NCBI GenBank assembly: GCA_963514005.1
Contig: OY740805.1
Coordinates: forward strand, 42,222,001-42,286,000
Reading direction: 5' to 3'
Source: Raja brachyura
Taxonomy: Eukaryota
DNA length: 64,000 bases
The position numbers and the translations under genes were made by a program. The notes below the pieces were generated by a model that was not told where the DNA came from, made no database searches, and saw only the letters and a program-made list of their open reading frames with translations. Positions 51,187 through 63,543 of the stretch are shown in pieces (the stretch's first letter is position 1; each line of letters opens with the position of its first letter).

Positions 51187-51719
51187 TTACTCACCCGGAA
51201 CAGAACCGGAGCAGATTGTCATCCAGTCGTACGGAAGGCAAGGCCAGAAGAGAGGATAAAGTTTCTCCGTGAATTTATTCCCAGTGAAGGTGTGGAGATG
51301 GGACTTGGTGTCCGCGTCGTAAAATGCAACTGTCCCGGACTCGTAACTGAGATAAACTCCCACCCTCCCGGGGATGGGACGGGCGGGGAGAGGGGATGGA
51401 GGGGAGGTGACTGCATCAAACACGTCACCCCGCCGCTCGATGATCCAGACTCCAGTCTTCGGCCTCAGTGTGACCCGTCTCTTCCTCTCCACAGACTCTG
51501 CGGCGACTCCCAGTCTCCAGCCCCGACTCCCCGCCACCTCTACCTCCCAGTAATGTCTCCCCGATGTGAATCCCTCCGATCCCAACACACACCACCAGCC
51601 TGTAAACCTCTTCCCGGTGTCAGGGAGATTCCTCTCGGTCAGGGTCACTCTCACCCTCTTCCGATCCTCAGACACCTCGAGCCGCGCATGCGCTGTTTCC
51701 AGATCCAGGGTGACGGAGA
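51187..51719 (-). CDS. Butyrophilin-like gene terminal exon: complete B30.2 (PRY/SPRY) domain
   Basis: VTLDLETAHARLEVSEDRK, CVLGSEGFTSGRHYWEVEV, VGVYLSYESGTVAFY, LYPLF; ctgcttctccccccAG acceptor, phase 1. Confidence 0.92.
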
Positions 51720-52552
51720 CTGGGGGGAGAAGCAGAGAATCACAGAGTCCCCGGGGGTCGGGGGGAGACTCGGGCACAGGCGGGCGGACAACTGACACCT
51801 TGCCCGGGGTTTCACCACAACAACATCGGGTGGACAACAGACATCTGTCACGGAGTTTCCAAATTAGGGTGGAAGTGGAGGGGAACCGGGTGCACGGTGA
51901 GAAATAAAAACAAACTGCTGGAGGAAGTCCACGGGTCAGGCGACACATGTGTAAGGAAATGACAGAACACGTCTAGGGTCTGGACGCTTCTTCATTCTCA
52001 TGCTTCCCTCTGCTCCCTCCGTAGAAAGAGACAGGGGAAGGGGTGCAGCAAAATACTTCACATATGTGTGTGTTTGTATCCACATAGAGACCCACCCACC
52101 CACATTCACACACACACGCACATATATATTCACACACACACACACACACATATATATACACATATACTCATTCACACACACACACTCATTCACACACACA
52201 TACACCTACACTCATTCACGAACACATATACACACACACACTCATTCACACACACAGTCACAAACAGTCACACACACACTCATTCACACACACTCAGACA
52301 CACACACACGCGCAGACACACAAACACTTCCACTCATTCACACACCTGCACACACTAATTCACACATATACACTCACACACACACACACACGCATTCACA
52401 CACATATGCACACACACACTGTGATGAATATTCACTTTTCAAGTCAAAGGCTTGGTCACTTCTCTGGCCCAAATGCTTTTTGCTAAACTCAGATTTTTAG
52501 CACAGCAACTGTGCATGGTTCAAGATGTTTGTTGTTCAGTAAGTTAGGAATC

Positions 52553-53348
52553 TAAGTAAGTAAGTAAGTTTATTGGCCAAGTATTCACATACAAGGAATT
52601 TGCCTTGGTGCTCTGCCAACAAATAACAACATGACAGTGACAGTTATGAATCTCAGAAAACACTAAACATTAATAATAATAAAATATTAATGATAAAACA
52701 CCATTGATCAAGCATGTGAACCAACAAAAATACCAGATCGAAGGGAGGCTACGGATTTTTGGTTGTTGAGTAGAGCAACTACTCGTGGATAAAAACTGTC
52801 CGTAGTCGCCTTCCAGAGGGAAATGATTCAAAGAGTTTGTGGCCAGGGTGAGAGGGGTCAGAGATGATCTTGCCCGCTCGCTTCCTGGCCCTTGCAGTGT
52901 ACAGTTCATCAATGGAGGGAAGGTTACAGCCAAGAACCTTCTCTGCTGATTGGATGATTCACTGCAGCCTCCACATGTCGTACTTGGTGGCTGAGCCAAA
53001 CCAGACCATGATGGAGAAGATGAGGACAGACTACGATGGCCATCTAGAATTGGACCATCATTGCCTGTGGCAGATTGTGCTTCCTCAGCTGCCGTAGGAA
53101 GTAATCATCTGTTGTGCCTTTTTGACTGTGGAGTCGATGGCAGCTCCCCACTTAAGGTCCTTGGAGATGATGGTTCCCAAGAACTTAAAATACTCCACAG
53201 ATGTGACTGTGGTGTTGTTGATGGTGAGTGGGTGAGGGGAGGGGGAGCTCTCCTAAAGTCTACAATCAATTCCACTGTCTTAAGAGCATTGAGCTCTTGG
53301 TTGTTCCGATAGTACCAGGAAGCCAGCTGTGACACTTCTTGTCTGTGG
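52553..53348 (-). mobile_element. Rex1/Babar 3' fragment
   Basis: ELNALKTVELIVDFR; (TTAC)n tail; similar to 20779-21590. Confidence 0.85.
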
Positions 53349-54224
53349 GTAGGAAGGGTCTGTAGGCTAATCATAGAAACATAGACAATAGGCGCAGGAG
53401 TCTGCCATTCGGCCCTTCGAGCCAGCACGGCCATTCAATATGATCATGGCTGATCACCCAGAATCAGTACCCTGTTCCAGCGTTCAACTCATATCCCTTG
53501 ATTCCGTTAGCCGTAAGAGCTAAATCTAACTCTTTCATGAAAACACACAGTGAATTGGCCTTCACTACCTTCTGGGCCTGAGAATTCCACGGATTCACAA
53601 CTCCCTGGATGAAAACGTTTTTTCTCCTCTCGATCCTAAATGGCCTACCCCTTATTCTTAAACTGTGTAACTCCAGGTTCTGGACCCGTCCACCCCCAGT
53701 TTGAATTCCATTTGGAATATTTTGGAGGACCAGGAAACCAAGAACCAAGAACATCGGGAATATTTTTCCTGCATCCAGCCTGTCCAGTCCTTTAAGAATT
53801 TAAAATGTATCTATATGATCCCCTTTCATCCTTCTAAACTCAAGAGTATACAAGCCCAGCCGCTCCATTCTCTCAGCATATGACAGTCCCGCAATCCCGG
53901 GAATTAACTTGGTGAACCGAAGCTGCACTCCCTCAATAGCAAGAACGTCCTTCCTCAAAGTAGGCAACCAAAACTGCACACAATACTCCTGGTGTGGTGT
54001 CACCAGGGCCCCGTACAACTACAGTAGGACCTCTTAACGCCAGAGCAGCCACGGTGGCGCAGCGGTAAAGTTGCTGTCTTACATCGCTTGATACGCCGGA
54101 GACCCGGGTTCGACCCTGACTACTGGTTCTGTCTATATGCAGTTTGTGCGTTCTCCCCGTGACCGCGTGGGTTTTCTCCGAGATCTTCGGTGCCCTCCCA
54201 CACTCCAAAGGCGTATGTAGTTTC

Positions 54225-57168
54225 ATTCTCAATTAAAGGGGAGCACCCAGGAGGTACAGTGAACTCTGCGTAGGATCAATCCACGCAAGGCTGCAGGCCC
54301 GGATGGAGTCCAGGGTAGGGTACTAAAGGACTGTACTGTACAGCTGGCGGAGGTATTTACGAGGATCTTCAACCTGTCTCTATCTCTGGCAATGGTTCCC
54401 AAGTGCCTGCAGACAGCTACCATAGTGCCGGTGCCGAAAAAGTCTAAAGTCACCAACCTGAATGACTACCGCCCGGTTGCCCTGACTCCAATACCAATGA
54501 AGTGCTTTGAAAGGCTGGTCCTCTCCCACATCAAATCCAGCACCCCTGCATCATTGGACTCTCGTCAATTTGCATACAGGGCAAATAGATCCACAGAGGA
54601 TGCCATCTCTGTGGCTCTCCACACTGTCCTGACCCACCTGGAAAGAGAGGGCATCAACGTGAGGATGCTCTTCGTTAACTATAGCTGTGCCTTCAATACG
54701 GTCATCCCCACCAAGCTCACCACCAAACTCCACCAGCTAGGCCTCAGCTCACTGATATGCGATTGGATCCTGAATTTTCTGACGGAACGACCGCAGGCAG
54801 TGAGACTGGGGCTGCACCTGTCCTCCAGTATCACCCTGAGCACCGGCAAACCACAGGGCTGTGTACTGAGCCCCATGCTCTAGTCCCTCTAGTCCATGGA
54901 ACAACTTGTCGCTAAACAGCTCCAAGACCAAGGAGCTGATTATCGACTTCAGGAGGTCACAGAATGGGGAATACGCCCCAATCTCCATCTACGGAGACAG
55001 TGTGGAGAGAGTGCCCAGGTTCAAGTTTCTGGGCACTCAACCTCAGAGGACCACACATTGGTTCACCAACACTGCTGCGCTGGTCAAAAACTCACAGCAA
55101 CGACTGTTCTTCCTAAGAACATTGAAACGGGCTGGTCTGCCCCAACAGCTGCTGACGACCTTCTACCGCTGCACCACAGAGAGCATACTAACGAATGGCA
55201 TCTTTGTGTGGTATCTCAGCTGCACGGAGGCGGAGAGGAGAGCTCTTCAGCGCGTTGTCCACAGAGCGCAACATATTATTGGGACAGCGCTACCAGCCTT
55301 GGAGGGCATCTACCACACACGGTGCCTCAGGAAGGCCGTCAGCATACATAAAGACTCGTCTCACCCTTGTAATGGACTGTTCGAACTACACCTTTCCGGC
55401 AGACGTTACAAGGCCTTCTACGCCCGCACTACCAGACTCAGGAACAGCTTCATTCCCAGAGCTATAGCGGCTCTGAACCGGCCCTGCTGACTAACCCCCC
55501 CCCCCCTCCCCGCACCCATATAACCATATAACAATTAGAGCACGGAAACAGGCCATCTCGGCCCTTCAAGTCCGTGCCGAACAACTTTTTTTTCCCTTAG
55601 TCCCACCTGCCTGCACATAGCATAACCCTCCATACCCTTCTCATCCATATGCCTATCCAATTTATTTTTAAATGATACCAACGAACCTGCCGCCACCACT
55701 TCCACTGGAAGCTCATTCCACACCGCTACCACTCTCTGAGTAAAGAAGTTCCCCTTCATGTTACCCCTAAACCTCTGTCCCTTAATTCTAAAGTCATGTC
55801 CTCTTGTTTGAATCTTCCCTATTCTCAAAGGGAAAAGCTTGTCCACATTAACTCTGTCTATCCCTCTCATCATTTTAAAGACCTCTATCAAGTCCCCCCT
55901 TAACCTTCTGCGCTCCAGAGAATAAAGACCTAACTTATTCAACCTATCTCTTTAACTTAGCTGTTGAAACCCAGGCAACATTCTAGTAAATCTCCTCTGT
56001 ACCCTCTCTATTTTGCTGACATCCTTCCTATAATTGGGCGACCAAAATTGTACACCATACTCCAGATTTGGTCTCACCAACGCCTTGTACAATTTTAACA
56101 TTACATCCCAGCTTCTATACTCAATGCTCTGATTTATAAAGGTTAGCATACCAAAAGCTTTCTTTACCACCCTATCTATATGAGATTCCACCTTCAAGGA
56201 ACTATGCACGGTTATTCCCAGATCCCTCTGTTCAACTGTATTCTTGAATTCCCTACCGTTTACCATGTACGTCCTATTTTGATTTGTCCTGCCAAGGTGT
56301 AGCACCTCACATTTATCAGCATTAAACTCCATCTGCCATCTTTCAGCCCATTTTTCCAACTGGCCTAAATCACTGTGTAGACTTTGGAAATCCTCTTCAT
56401 TATCCACAACACCTCATATCTTGGTATCATCTGCATACTTACTAATCCAATTTACCACCCCTTCATCCAGATCATTGATGTACATGACAAACAACAAAGG
56501 ACCCATCACTGATCCCTGAGGCATCCCACTAGTCACCTGCCTCCAACCCGACAAACAGCCATCCACCATTACCCTCTGGCTTCTCCCATTCAGCCACTGT
56601 TGAATCCATCTTGCTATTCCTGCATTTATACCCAACAGTTGAGCCTTCTTAACCAACCTTCCATGAGGAACCTTGTCAAAGGCCTTACTGAAGTCCATAT
56701 AGACAACATCCACTGCTTTACCCTCGTCAATTTCCCTAGTAACCTCTTCAAAACATTCAAGAAGATTAGTCAAACATGACCTTCCAGGCATAAATCCATG
56801 TTGACTGTTCCTAATTAGACCCTCTTTATCCAGATACTTATATATATTATCTCTAAGTATCTTTTCCATTAATTTGCCCACCACTGAAGTCAAACTAACC
56901 GGTCTATAATTGCTAGGTTTACTTTTAGAACCCTTTTTAAACAATGGAACAACATGCGCAGTACGCCAATCCTCGGGGACTATTCCCGTTTCTAATGAAC
57001 CCCATGGACTGTCTCCTCCGGCCTCGCACCTTAGTCTGTGTTGATGTTACTGGCCAAATGTTCGTTTTTACAAACCTTGTTCTCGAGGTTTGCAAACCAA
57101 AATCTCGAAGTTGCAAACCAAATCTCGATGCACTTATGTGTAACGACAATAAAATATATTATTCTTAT
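54225..57168 (+). mobile_element. Rex1/Babar fragment with 3' UTR split by CR1
   Basis: [21 protein letters not shown]; AATAAA and TTA tail at ~57150-57168. Confidence 0.85.
55520..57000 (-). mobile_element. Young 5'-truncated CR1
   Basis: Three near-contiguous RT/C-terminal ORFs; CCCAT on both flanks. Confidence 0.9.
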
Positions 57169-58705
57169 TAATTGACTTGGTAAATGTGTAAAGTGTCCCT
57201 AGTGTGTGTAGGATAGTATTAATGTGCGGACTCAGTGGGCCAAAGGGCCTGTTTTAACTCTAAACTAAAGTACATTTTTAAAAATCAAATGTTCTCGGCA
57301 TGAAGGCCAACACTGTGCCTGCTGTGCCTGCACGCTTACTTTCAGTGGCTGATGTACAAGGACACCCAGATCTCATTGCACCTCTACTTTTCCTAATCTG
57401 ACAATATTTAGATAATAATCTGTCTTTCAGCCCATCCCACTAGCCCGTCTGTCTTCAGAAAAGGACCAGTTAATTCCTACTCTGTGCTTCCTGTCTGGCA
57501 ACCAGTTCTCTATCCATTCAATACCCTTCCACCAATACCATGTGCTCTAATTTTGCACACTAATCTCTTGTGTGGAAGTCCAGATATATCACATCCACTG
57601 GCTCTCCTTCATCCATTCTACTTGTCACATCCTCAAAAAATTCCAGAAGATTAGTCAAGCATGATTTCCCCTTCATAAATCCATGCTGACTTTGACCAAT
57701 CTCGTCACTGCTTTCCAAATGTGTTGCTATAACATCTTTAACAATCGACTCAAGCACCTTCCCCACTACCGATGTAAGGCTAACTGGTCTACAATTCCCC
57801 GTTTTCCCCGAGAGAGGGGGGGAGAGAGAGAAAAGTGTGGTTATATTAGCTACCCTCCAGTCCACAGGAACTGACCCAGAATCGAGAGAACATTGGAAAA
57901 TGATCACCAATGCATTCACGATTTCGATGGCCACCTCCTTGAGTACTCTGGGATGCAGACCATCAGGGATTTATCTGCCTTCAGTCCCAACAATTTACCC
58001 AACACCATTTCCTGACTAATGTGGATTCCCTTCGGTTCCTCCATCCCACTAGATCCTCGGTCCCCTAGTATTTCGGGGAGATTGTTTGTGTCTTCCTAAG
58101 TGAAGACAGAACCAAAGTACTTGTTTAACTGTTGTCCTCCTCTGTTGAATTCTAAATGTCTCCCAGTCCTCTGGTTTGCTGCTTCCTCTGGCCAATATTT
58201 ATGCCTCATTCTTGGATTTAACACTATCCTTAATTTCTCCCATTAGCCACGGTTGAGCCGCCTTCACCAATTTATTTTTTTTGTCAGACAGGGATGAACA
58301 GTGTGTGCAGTTCATCCATGCGATCCTTAAATCTTTGCCATTTCATCTCCACCGTCAACCCTTTTAGTATCATTTGCCTGTCTATCCCAGACAATTCCCG
58401 TCTCATAGCATCAAAGTCTCTTTCTTGAAGGTCAGGACCCTGGTCTCTGAATTAACCGTGTCGCTCTCCATCCTAATGCAGAATTCCACCATATTATGGT
58501 CACTGTTGCCCAAGGGGCTTTGTACAACAAGATGGCTAACTAATCCTTCCTCATTACACAATTCCCAGTCTAGGATGACCTGCCCTCTAGTTGTTTCCTC
58601 TACATGTTGGCTTAGAAAACCATCCCGTATACACTCCGTGAAATCCTCCTCCTCAGTGTTGTTACCCATTTAGTCGGCCCAAAATATATGTAGATTAAAG
58701 TCACC

Positions 58706-58782
58706 CATGATCAGTGATATACTGCTTGTTCGCCTGCTAATGAATGAGTAGCAGAGGAACAAGCAGTATATCACTGATCATG
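58706..58782. other. 77-nt hairpin (26-bp perfect stem)
   Basis: CATGATCAGTGATATACTGCTTGTTC ... GAACAAGCAGTATATCACTGATCATG. Confidence 0.9.
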
Positions 58783-59359
58783 TTATCCTCAATTGTAAGA
58801 ATTGCACTTGTCTTTTGGAAACCCTTTGTAAACTATGACCTCCATTAAAATTACTCCTCAAAATTAATCGCGCTTCATTAAAAAATATAACTGTGTTTAT
58901 TCTGCGTCGTCAGCTGGAAGTAACCGCTCCTTGGCTGGGAGGGAGGACACACGGCTGTAAATAGTGATTATTGACAACTAACCCCGTGCAGCTGTGACCA
59001 GAGTGGTGAAGTAAGTAAGTGTTTGAAATACAGGTCGAATCCCCTTATAGTGAGAGTACTTGTAGATACTTAGAGCAGGTAAGACAAAGTCTTGATTTAA
59101 GTTTAGGCTCCCGGACGAGTAATCTCAATGTCATCACCACACACACACACACTCACGCGCACACATACACACGCACACATATGCAACACACACACACACA
59201 TGCAAATGCACGCATATTCACCACACACGCACGCCCACGCACTCACGCACATGCACTCATTCCCACACACACACACGCCACACTCACACGATCGCACGCA
59301 CGCACATACATACGCACCAAACTGACACACACGCACACTCACGTAAATTTAAATCTTAC

Positions 59360-59386
59360 CTTCGTGGCCACGTATCCTTTTCCACT
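59360..59386 (-). CDS. 27-bp BTN juxta-B30.2 micro-exon (EWKRIRGHE)
   Basis: ttgttactgttttcAG / GTAAGA, phase 1-1; EWK motif typical of the BTN pre-B30.2 exon. Confidence 0.8.
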
Positions 59387-59917
59387 CTGAAAACAGTAAC
59401 AACAAACAAGACTGAATAAAATTCTCTGGGATCTAATCTGTGATTAATTTCATAGCAATGAGTATTAAATGTGTAAAGAAGCTCCTGGTGGAGCTGCTGC
59501 AGCATCAATACACGCTGTCCATGGGTGATGATGATGCTGCNNNNNNNNNNNNNNNNNNNNNNNNNNNNNNNNNNNNNNNNNNNNNNNNNNNNNNNNNNNN
59601 NNNNNNNNNNNNNNNNNNNNNNNNNNNNNNNNNNNNNNNNNNNNNNNNNNNNNNNNNNNNNNNNNNNNNNNNNNNNNNNNNNNNNNNNNNNNNNNNNNNN
59701 NNNNNNNNNNNNNNNNNNNNNNNNNNNNNNNNNNNNNNNNNNNNNNNNNNNNNNNNNNNNNNNNNNNNNNNNNNNNNNNNNNNNNNNNNNNNNNNNNNNN
59801 NNNNNNNNNNNNNNNNNNNNNNNNNNNNNNNNNNNNNNNNNNNNNNNNNNNNNNNNNNNNNNNNNNNNNNNNNNNNNNNNNNNNNNNNNNNNNNNNNNNN
59901 NNNNNNNNNNNTCGATT

Positions 59918-61836
59918 CATTCTCTCTCTCTCTCCCATTCTCTTCCTCCTCTCTCTCTTTCTCTCGCTCTCCCTCTCTCTCTCCCTCTCTCCCTCCTTCC
60001 CTCTCCCTCTCTCTCCCCCTCTCTCTCCCCCTCTCTCTGTCCCCTCCCTGTCTCTCTCCCCTCGCTCTATTCCTTCCTGTCTCTCTCCCTCTCTCCCCTC
60101 TCTCTCTCCCCCTCTCACCCCCCTCTCTCGCTCAGTCTCTCCCTCTCTCTCTCTCCCTTCGTTTCCCACCCTCTCTCTCTCCCTTTCTCTCTCTCTGCCT
60201 CCCCCTCACCCTCTATCCTTCCACTCCCACCCCTCTCTCCCTCTCTCCTCCTCTCTCTCTCCCCCACCCCATCTCTCTCTCTCCCCTCTTTCTCCCTCTC
60301 CCTCCTCTCTCTCTCTCCCTTCATCGCTCTCTCTCCCCCACTCTCTCTCACTCCCCCCTCTCCCTACCCCTCCCCACTCTCTCTCTCCCCTCTCGCCCCC
60401 TCCCCCTCGCCCTCCCCTCTCTCTATCGCCCCCCTTCCTCTATCTCCCCTCTCCCTCACACCCTCTCCTTCTCTATCTCTCTCTCTCTATCTCCCCCTCT
60501 CTATCCCTTCCCCCTCTCTCCCTCCCCCCCCCTCTCGCTCTCTCCCCTCTCTGTTTCTCTCTCTCTCTCTCACCTCCCCTCTCTCTCTCCCTCTCTCCTG
60601 TCTCGCTCTCTCACCCTCGGACCACGGGGGGAACAGTGGGGAACATTGGGAAGAGAATGACTTTGGTGCCTTCCCTCACAGTGGGAAATGTTGATCCTGC
60701 TTTGTGGGGATGTTTTATGTTGAATTCTATCTACTCCATGTTGTGTTCTTTATTTTTACTGTATGGTGATTTCATTTCACTGTGCCAATTGGCACATGTG
60801 ACAAATAAATGCATCTTATCTTATCATCTTATCTCTCTCCCTCCCACTCTCCCCCTCCCCTCTCTATCCCTCACTCTCCCTCTCTATCTCCCACTCTCCC
60901 TCGCTCCCTCTCCTCTCCTCCCCTCTCTCTCCCTTNNNNNNNNNNNNNNNNNNNNNNNNNNNNNNNNNNNNNNNNNNNNNNNNNNNNNNNNNNNNNNNNN
61001 NNNNNNNNNNNNNNNNNNNNNNNNNNNNNNNNNNNNNNNNNNNNNNNNNNNNNNNNNNNNNNNNNNNNNNNNNNNNNNNNNNNNNNNNNNNNNNNNAGGA
61101 GTAGACCACTCGGCCCTTTTAGCTAGCACCACCATTCAATGTGATCATGGCTGATCATCCACAATCAGTACCCCGTTCCTGCCTTCTCCCTGTATCCCCT
61201 GACTCCGCTATCTTTAACTCTATCTAACTCTCTCACGAAAACATCTAGCGAATTGGCCTTAACTGCATTCTGAGGCAAAGAACTCCACAGATTCACAGCT
61301 CTCTAGGTGGACTCGTTCCTCCCCCTCTCTCTCCTTCCCCCTCTCCCCCCTCTCAATCCCCCCTCCCCCTCTCCCTCACTCCCCCTCCCCCTCTCCCCTT
61401 CCCACTCTCTCGCCCCTCCCCCTCTCTCAACTCCCCCCTCTCTATCCTCCCCTCTCTCCCTCTCTTTATTGCCCCCCCTCTCCTGCCCTCTCTCTCCCTC
61501 CCTCTCATCCTCCCCTTCTCTATCTCCCCCCCCCTCTCTCCCCCTCTCTATCCTTTCCACTCCCTCCCTCTCCCTCCCCCTCTCTCTCATTCCCCCTCTC
61601 TATCTCTCTCACCTCCCTCTCTCTCTCCCTCTCTCCTCTCTCTCCCTCTCTGCCCTTCCCTGTCCCTCCTTCCCCCCCCCACCCCCTCTACCCCCTCTCC
61701 TCTCTGTCCCTCTCTATCTCCCACTCTCCCTCTCTATCTCCCACTCTCTATCGCTCTCGCCCCTCCACTTTCACCCTCCCCTCTCTCTCTCCCTCTCTCT
61801 CCCTCTCTCCCTCCCTCCATCGCTCTCTCTCTCTCT
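59918..61836. repeat. Polypyrimidine (CT-rich) tracts 59918-60612, 60830-60935, 61315-61836
   Basis: Nearly pure C/T on the + strand, adjacent to assembly gaps. Confidence 0.95.
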
Positions 61837-63076
61837 GGAGTGTGGTCTGTGTGGCACTGGGCTACATCTACAATGCTGGGGAGTGTGGTCTGTGTGATGG
61901 ACTTGGCTCCATCGACAATGGTGGGGAGTGTGGTCTGTGTGATGGACTTGGCTCCATCTACAATGGTGGGGAGTGTGGTCTGTGTGGGACTGGGCTCCAT
62001 CTACAATGGTGGGGAGTGTGGTCTGTGTGGGACTGGGCCACATCTACAATGGTGGGGAGTGTGGTCTGTGTGGGACTGGGCTACATCTACAATGGTGGGG
62101 AGTGTGGTCTGTGTGGGACTGGGTCACATCTACAATGGTGGGGAGTGTGGTCTGTGTGGGACTGGGCTACATCTACAATGGTGGGGAGTGTGGTCTGTGT
62201 GGGACTGGGCTCCATCTACAATGGTGGGGAGTGTGGTCTGTGTGGGACTGGGCTACATCTACAATTGTGGGGAGTGTGGTCTGTGTGGGACTGGGCTCCA
62301 TCTACAATGGTGGGGAGTGTGGTCTGTGTGGGACTGGGCCACATCTACAATGGTGGGGAGTGTGGTCTGTGTGGGACTGGGCTACATCTACAATGGTGGG
62401 GAGTGTGGTCTGTGTGGGACTGGGCTACATCTACAATTGTGGGGAGTGTGGTCTGTGTGGGACTGGGCTCCATCTACAATGGTGGGGAGTGTGGTCTGTG
62501 TGGGACTGGGCCACATCTACAATGGTGGGGAGTGTGGTCTGTGTGGGACTGGGCCACATCTACAGTGGTGGGGAGTGGTCTGTGTGGGACTGGGCCACAT
62601 CTACAATGGTGGGGAGTGTGGTCTGTGTGGGACTGGGCCACATCTACAATGGTGGGGAGTGTGGTCTGTGTGGGACTGGGCCACATCTACAATGGTGGGG
62701 AGTGTGGTCTGTGTGGGACTGGGCCACATCTACAATGGTGGGGAGTGTGGTCTGTGTGGGACTGGGCTACATCTTCAATGGTGGGGAGTGTGGTCTGTGT
62801 GGGACTGGGCTACATCTACAGTGGTGGGGAGTGTGGTCTGTGTGGGACTGGGCTACATCTACAATGGTGGGGAGTGTGGTCTGTGTGGGACTGGGCTACA
62901 TCTACAATGGTGGGCAGTGTGGTCTGTGTGGGACTGGGCTACATCTACAATGGTGGGGAGTGTGGTCTGTGTGGGACTGGGCTCCATCTACAATGGTGGG
63001 GAGTGTGGTCTGTGTGGGACTGGGCTACATCTACAATGGTGGGGAGTGTGGTCTGTGTGGCACTGGGCTACATCTA
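61837..63076. repeat. 43-bp minisatellite (~29 units) derived from Rex1 coding sequence
   Basis: Unit GGGGAGTGTGGTCTGTGTGGGACTGGGCTACATCTACAATGGT; Rex1 remnant adjoining at 63077-63298 (-). Confidence 0.9.
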
Positions 63077-63510
63077 TATCTTTCAGTAATTGCGATCTCG
63101 GCCAGACATGCTGAATGTCCTCAGTCCCCTAAGCAAGTAGAGACATTGGGTGACATATTAGGTGTAGCTTCTCTGTACTTGGTCCACAACAGATCACTGG
63201 GAATATTAACACCGAGATACATGAGGCTCTCACCCACTTGTACTTCGGCACCATTGATGCTGATTGGGGCGTGTACACCATCGGCATTCCTGAAATTAAC
63301 GCACAAACACGCACGTCTTCGGGATGTGGGAGAAAACCGGAGCAACCCGAGGAAACCCGTCACAAGGAGAACATACAAACTCCACACAGACAGCACCCGA
63401 GGTCAGGATCGAACCCGCGTCTCTGGGGCTGTGAGATATCAATTCTCGCAGCAGCGCCACTGTGTGGCCATTCCTTCTCATTTGTGAATATTTCTATACT
63501 AAATTCTTAC

Positions 63511-63543
63511 CAAGTTCTACGATGGATTTGCGCCGTTCCAGCT
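63511..63543 (-). CDS. 33-bp BTN cytoplasmic micro-exon ((E/Q)LERRKSIVEL)
   Basis: ggtttctccttccAG / GTAAGA, phase 1-1, in frame with 59360-59386 and B30.2. Confidence 0.75.

Larger units (their letters stand above)
54048..57270 (+). mobile_element. V-SINE (HE1-like) split into 54048-54222 and ~57170-57270
   Basis: A box TGGCGCAGCGG, B box GGTTCGACCC; 3' part ends in CTAAACTAAA. Confidence 0.8.
53372..58705 (-). mobile_element. CR1 (53372-54035 + 57285-58705) hosting a SINE>Rex1>CR1 nest
   Basis: CR1 C-terminal motifs on the left; RT and APE (SDHN) motifs on the right. Confidence 0.8.

Noticed and set aside
51720-51948. N-terminal 76 aa of the 253-aa B30.2 ORF
   Set aside because: Intronic read-through upstream of a clear acceptor
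54048-54125. tRNA gene
   Set aside because: A/B boxes belong to a SINE head that continues into SINE body
59440-61897. Ser/Leu/Pro- and Glu/Arg-rich ORFs
   Set aside because: CT-rich low complexity and N gaps
61840-63487. Three 415-504 aa Cys/Trp/Gly-rich ORFs
   Set aside because: Artefact of a stop-free 43-bp minisatellite read in rotating frames
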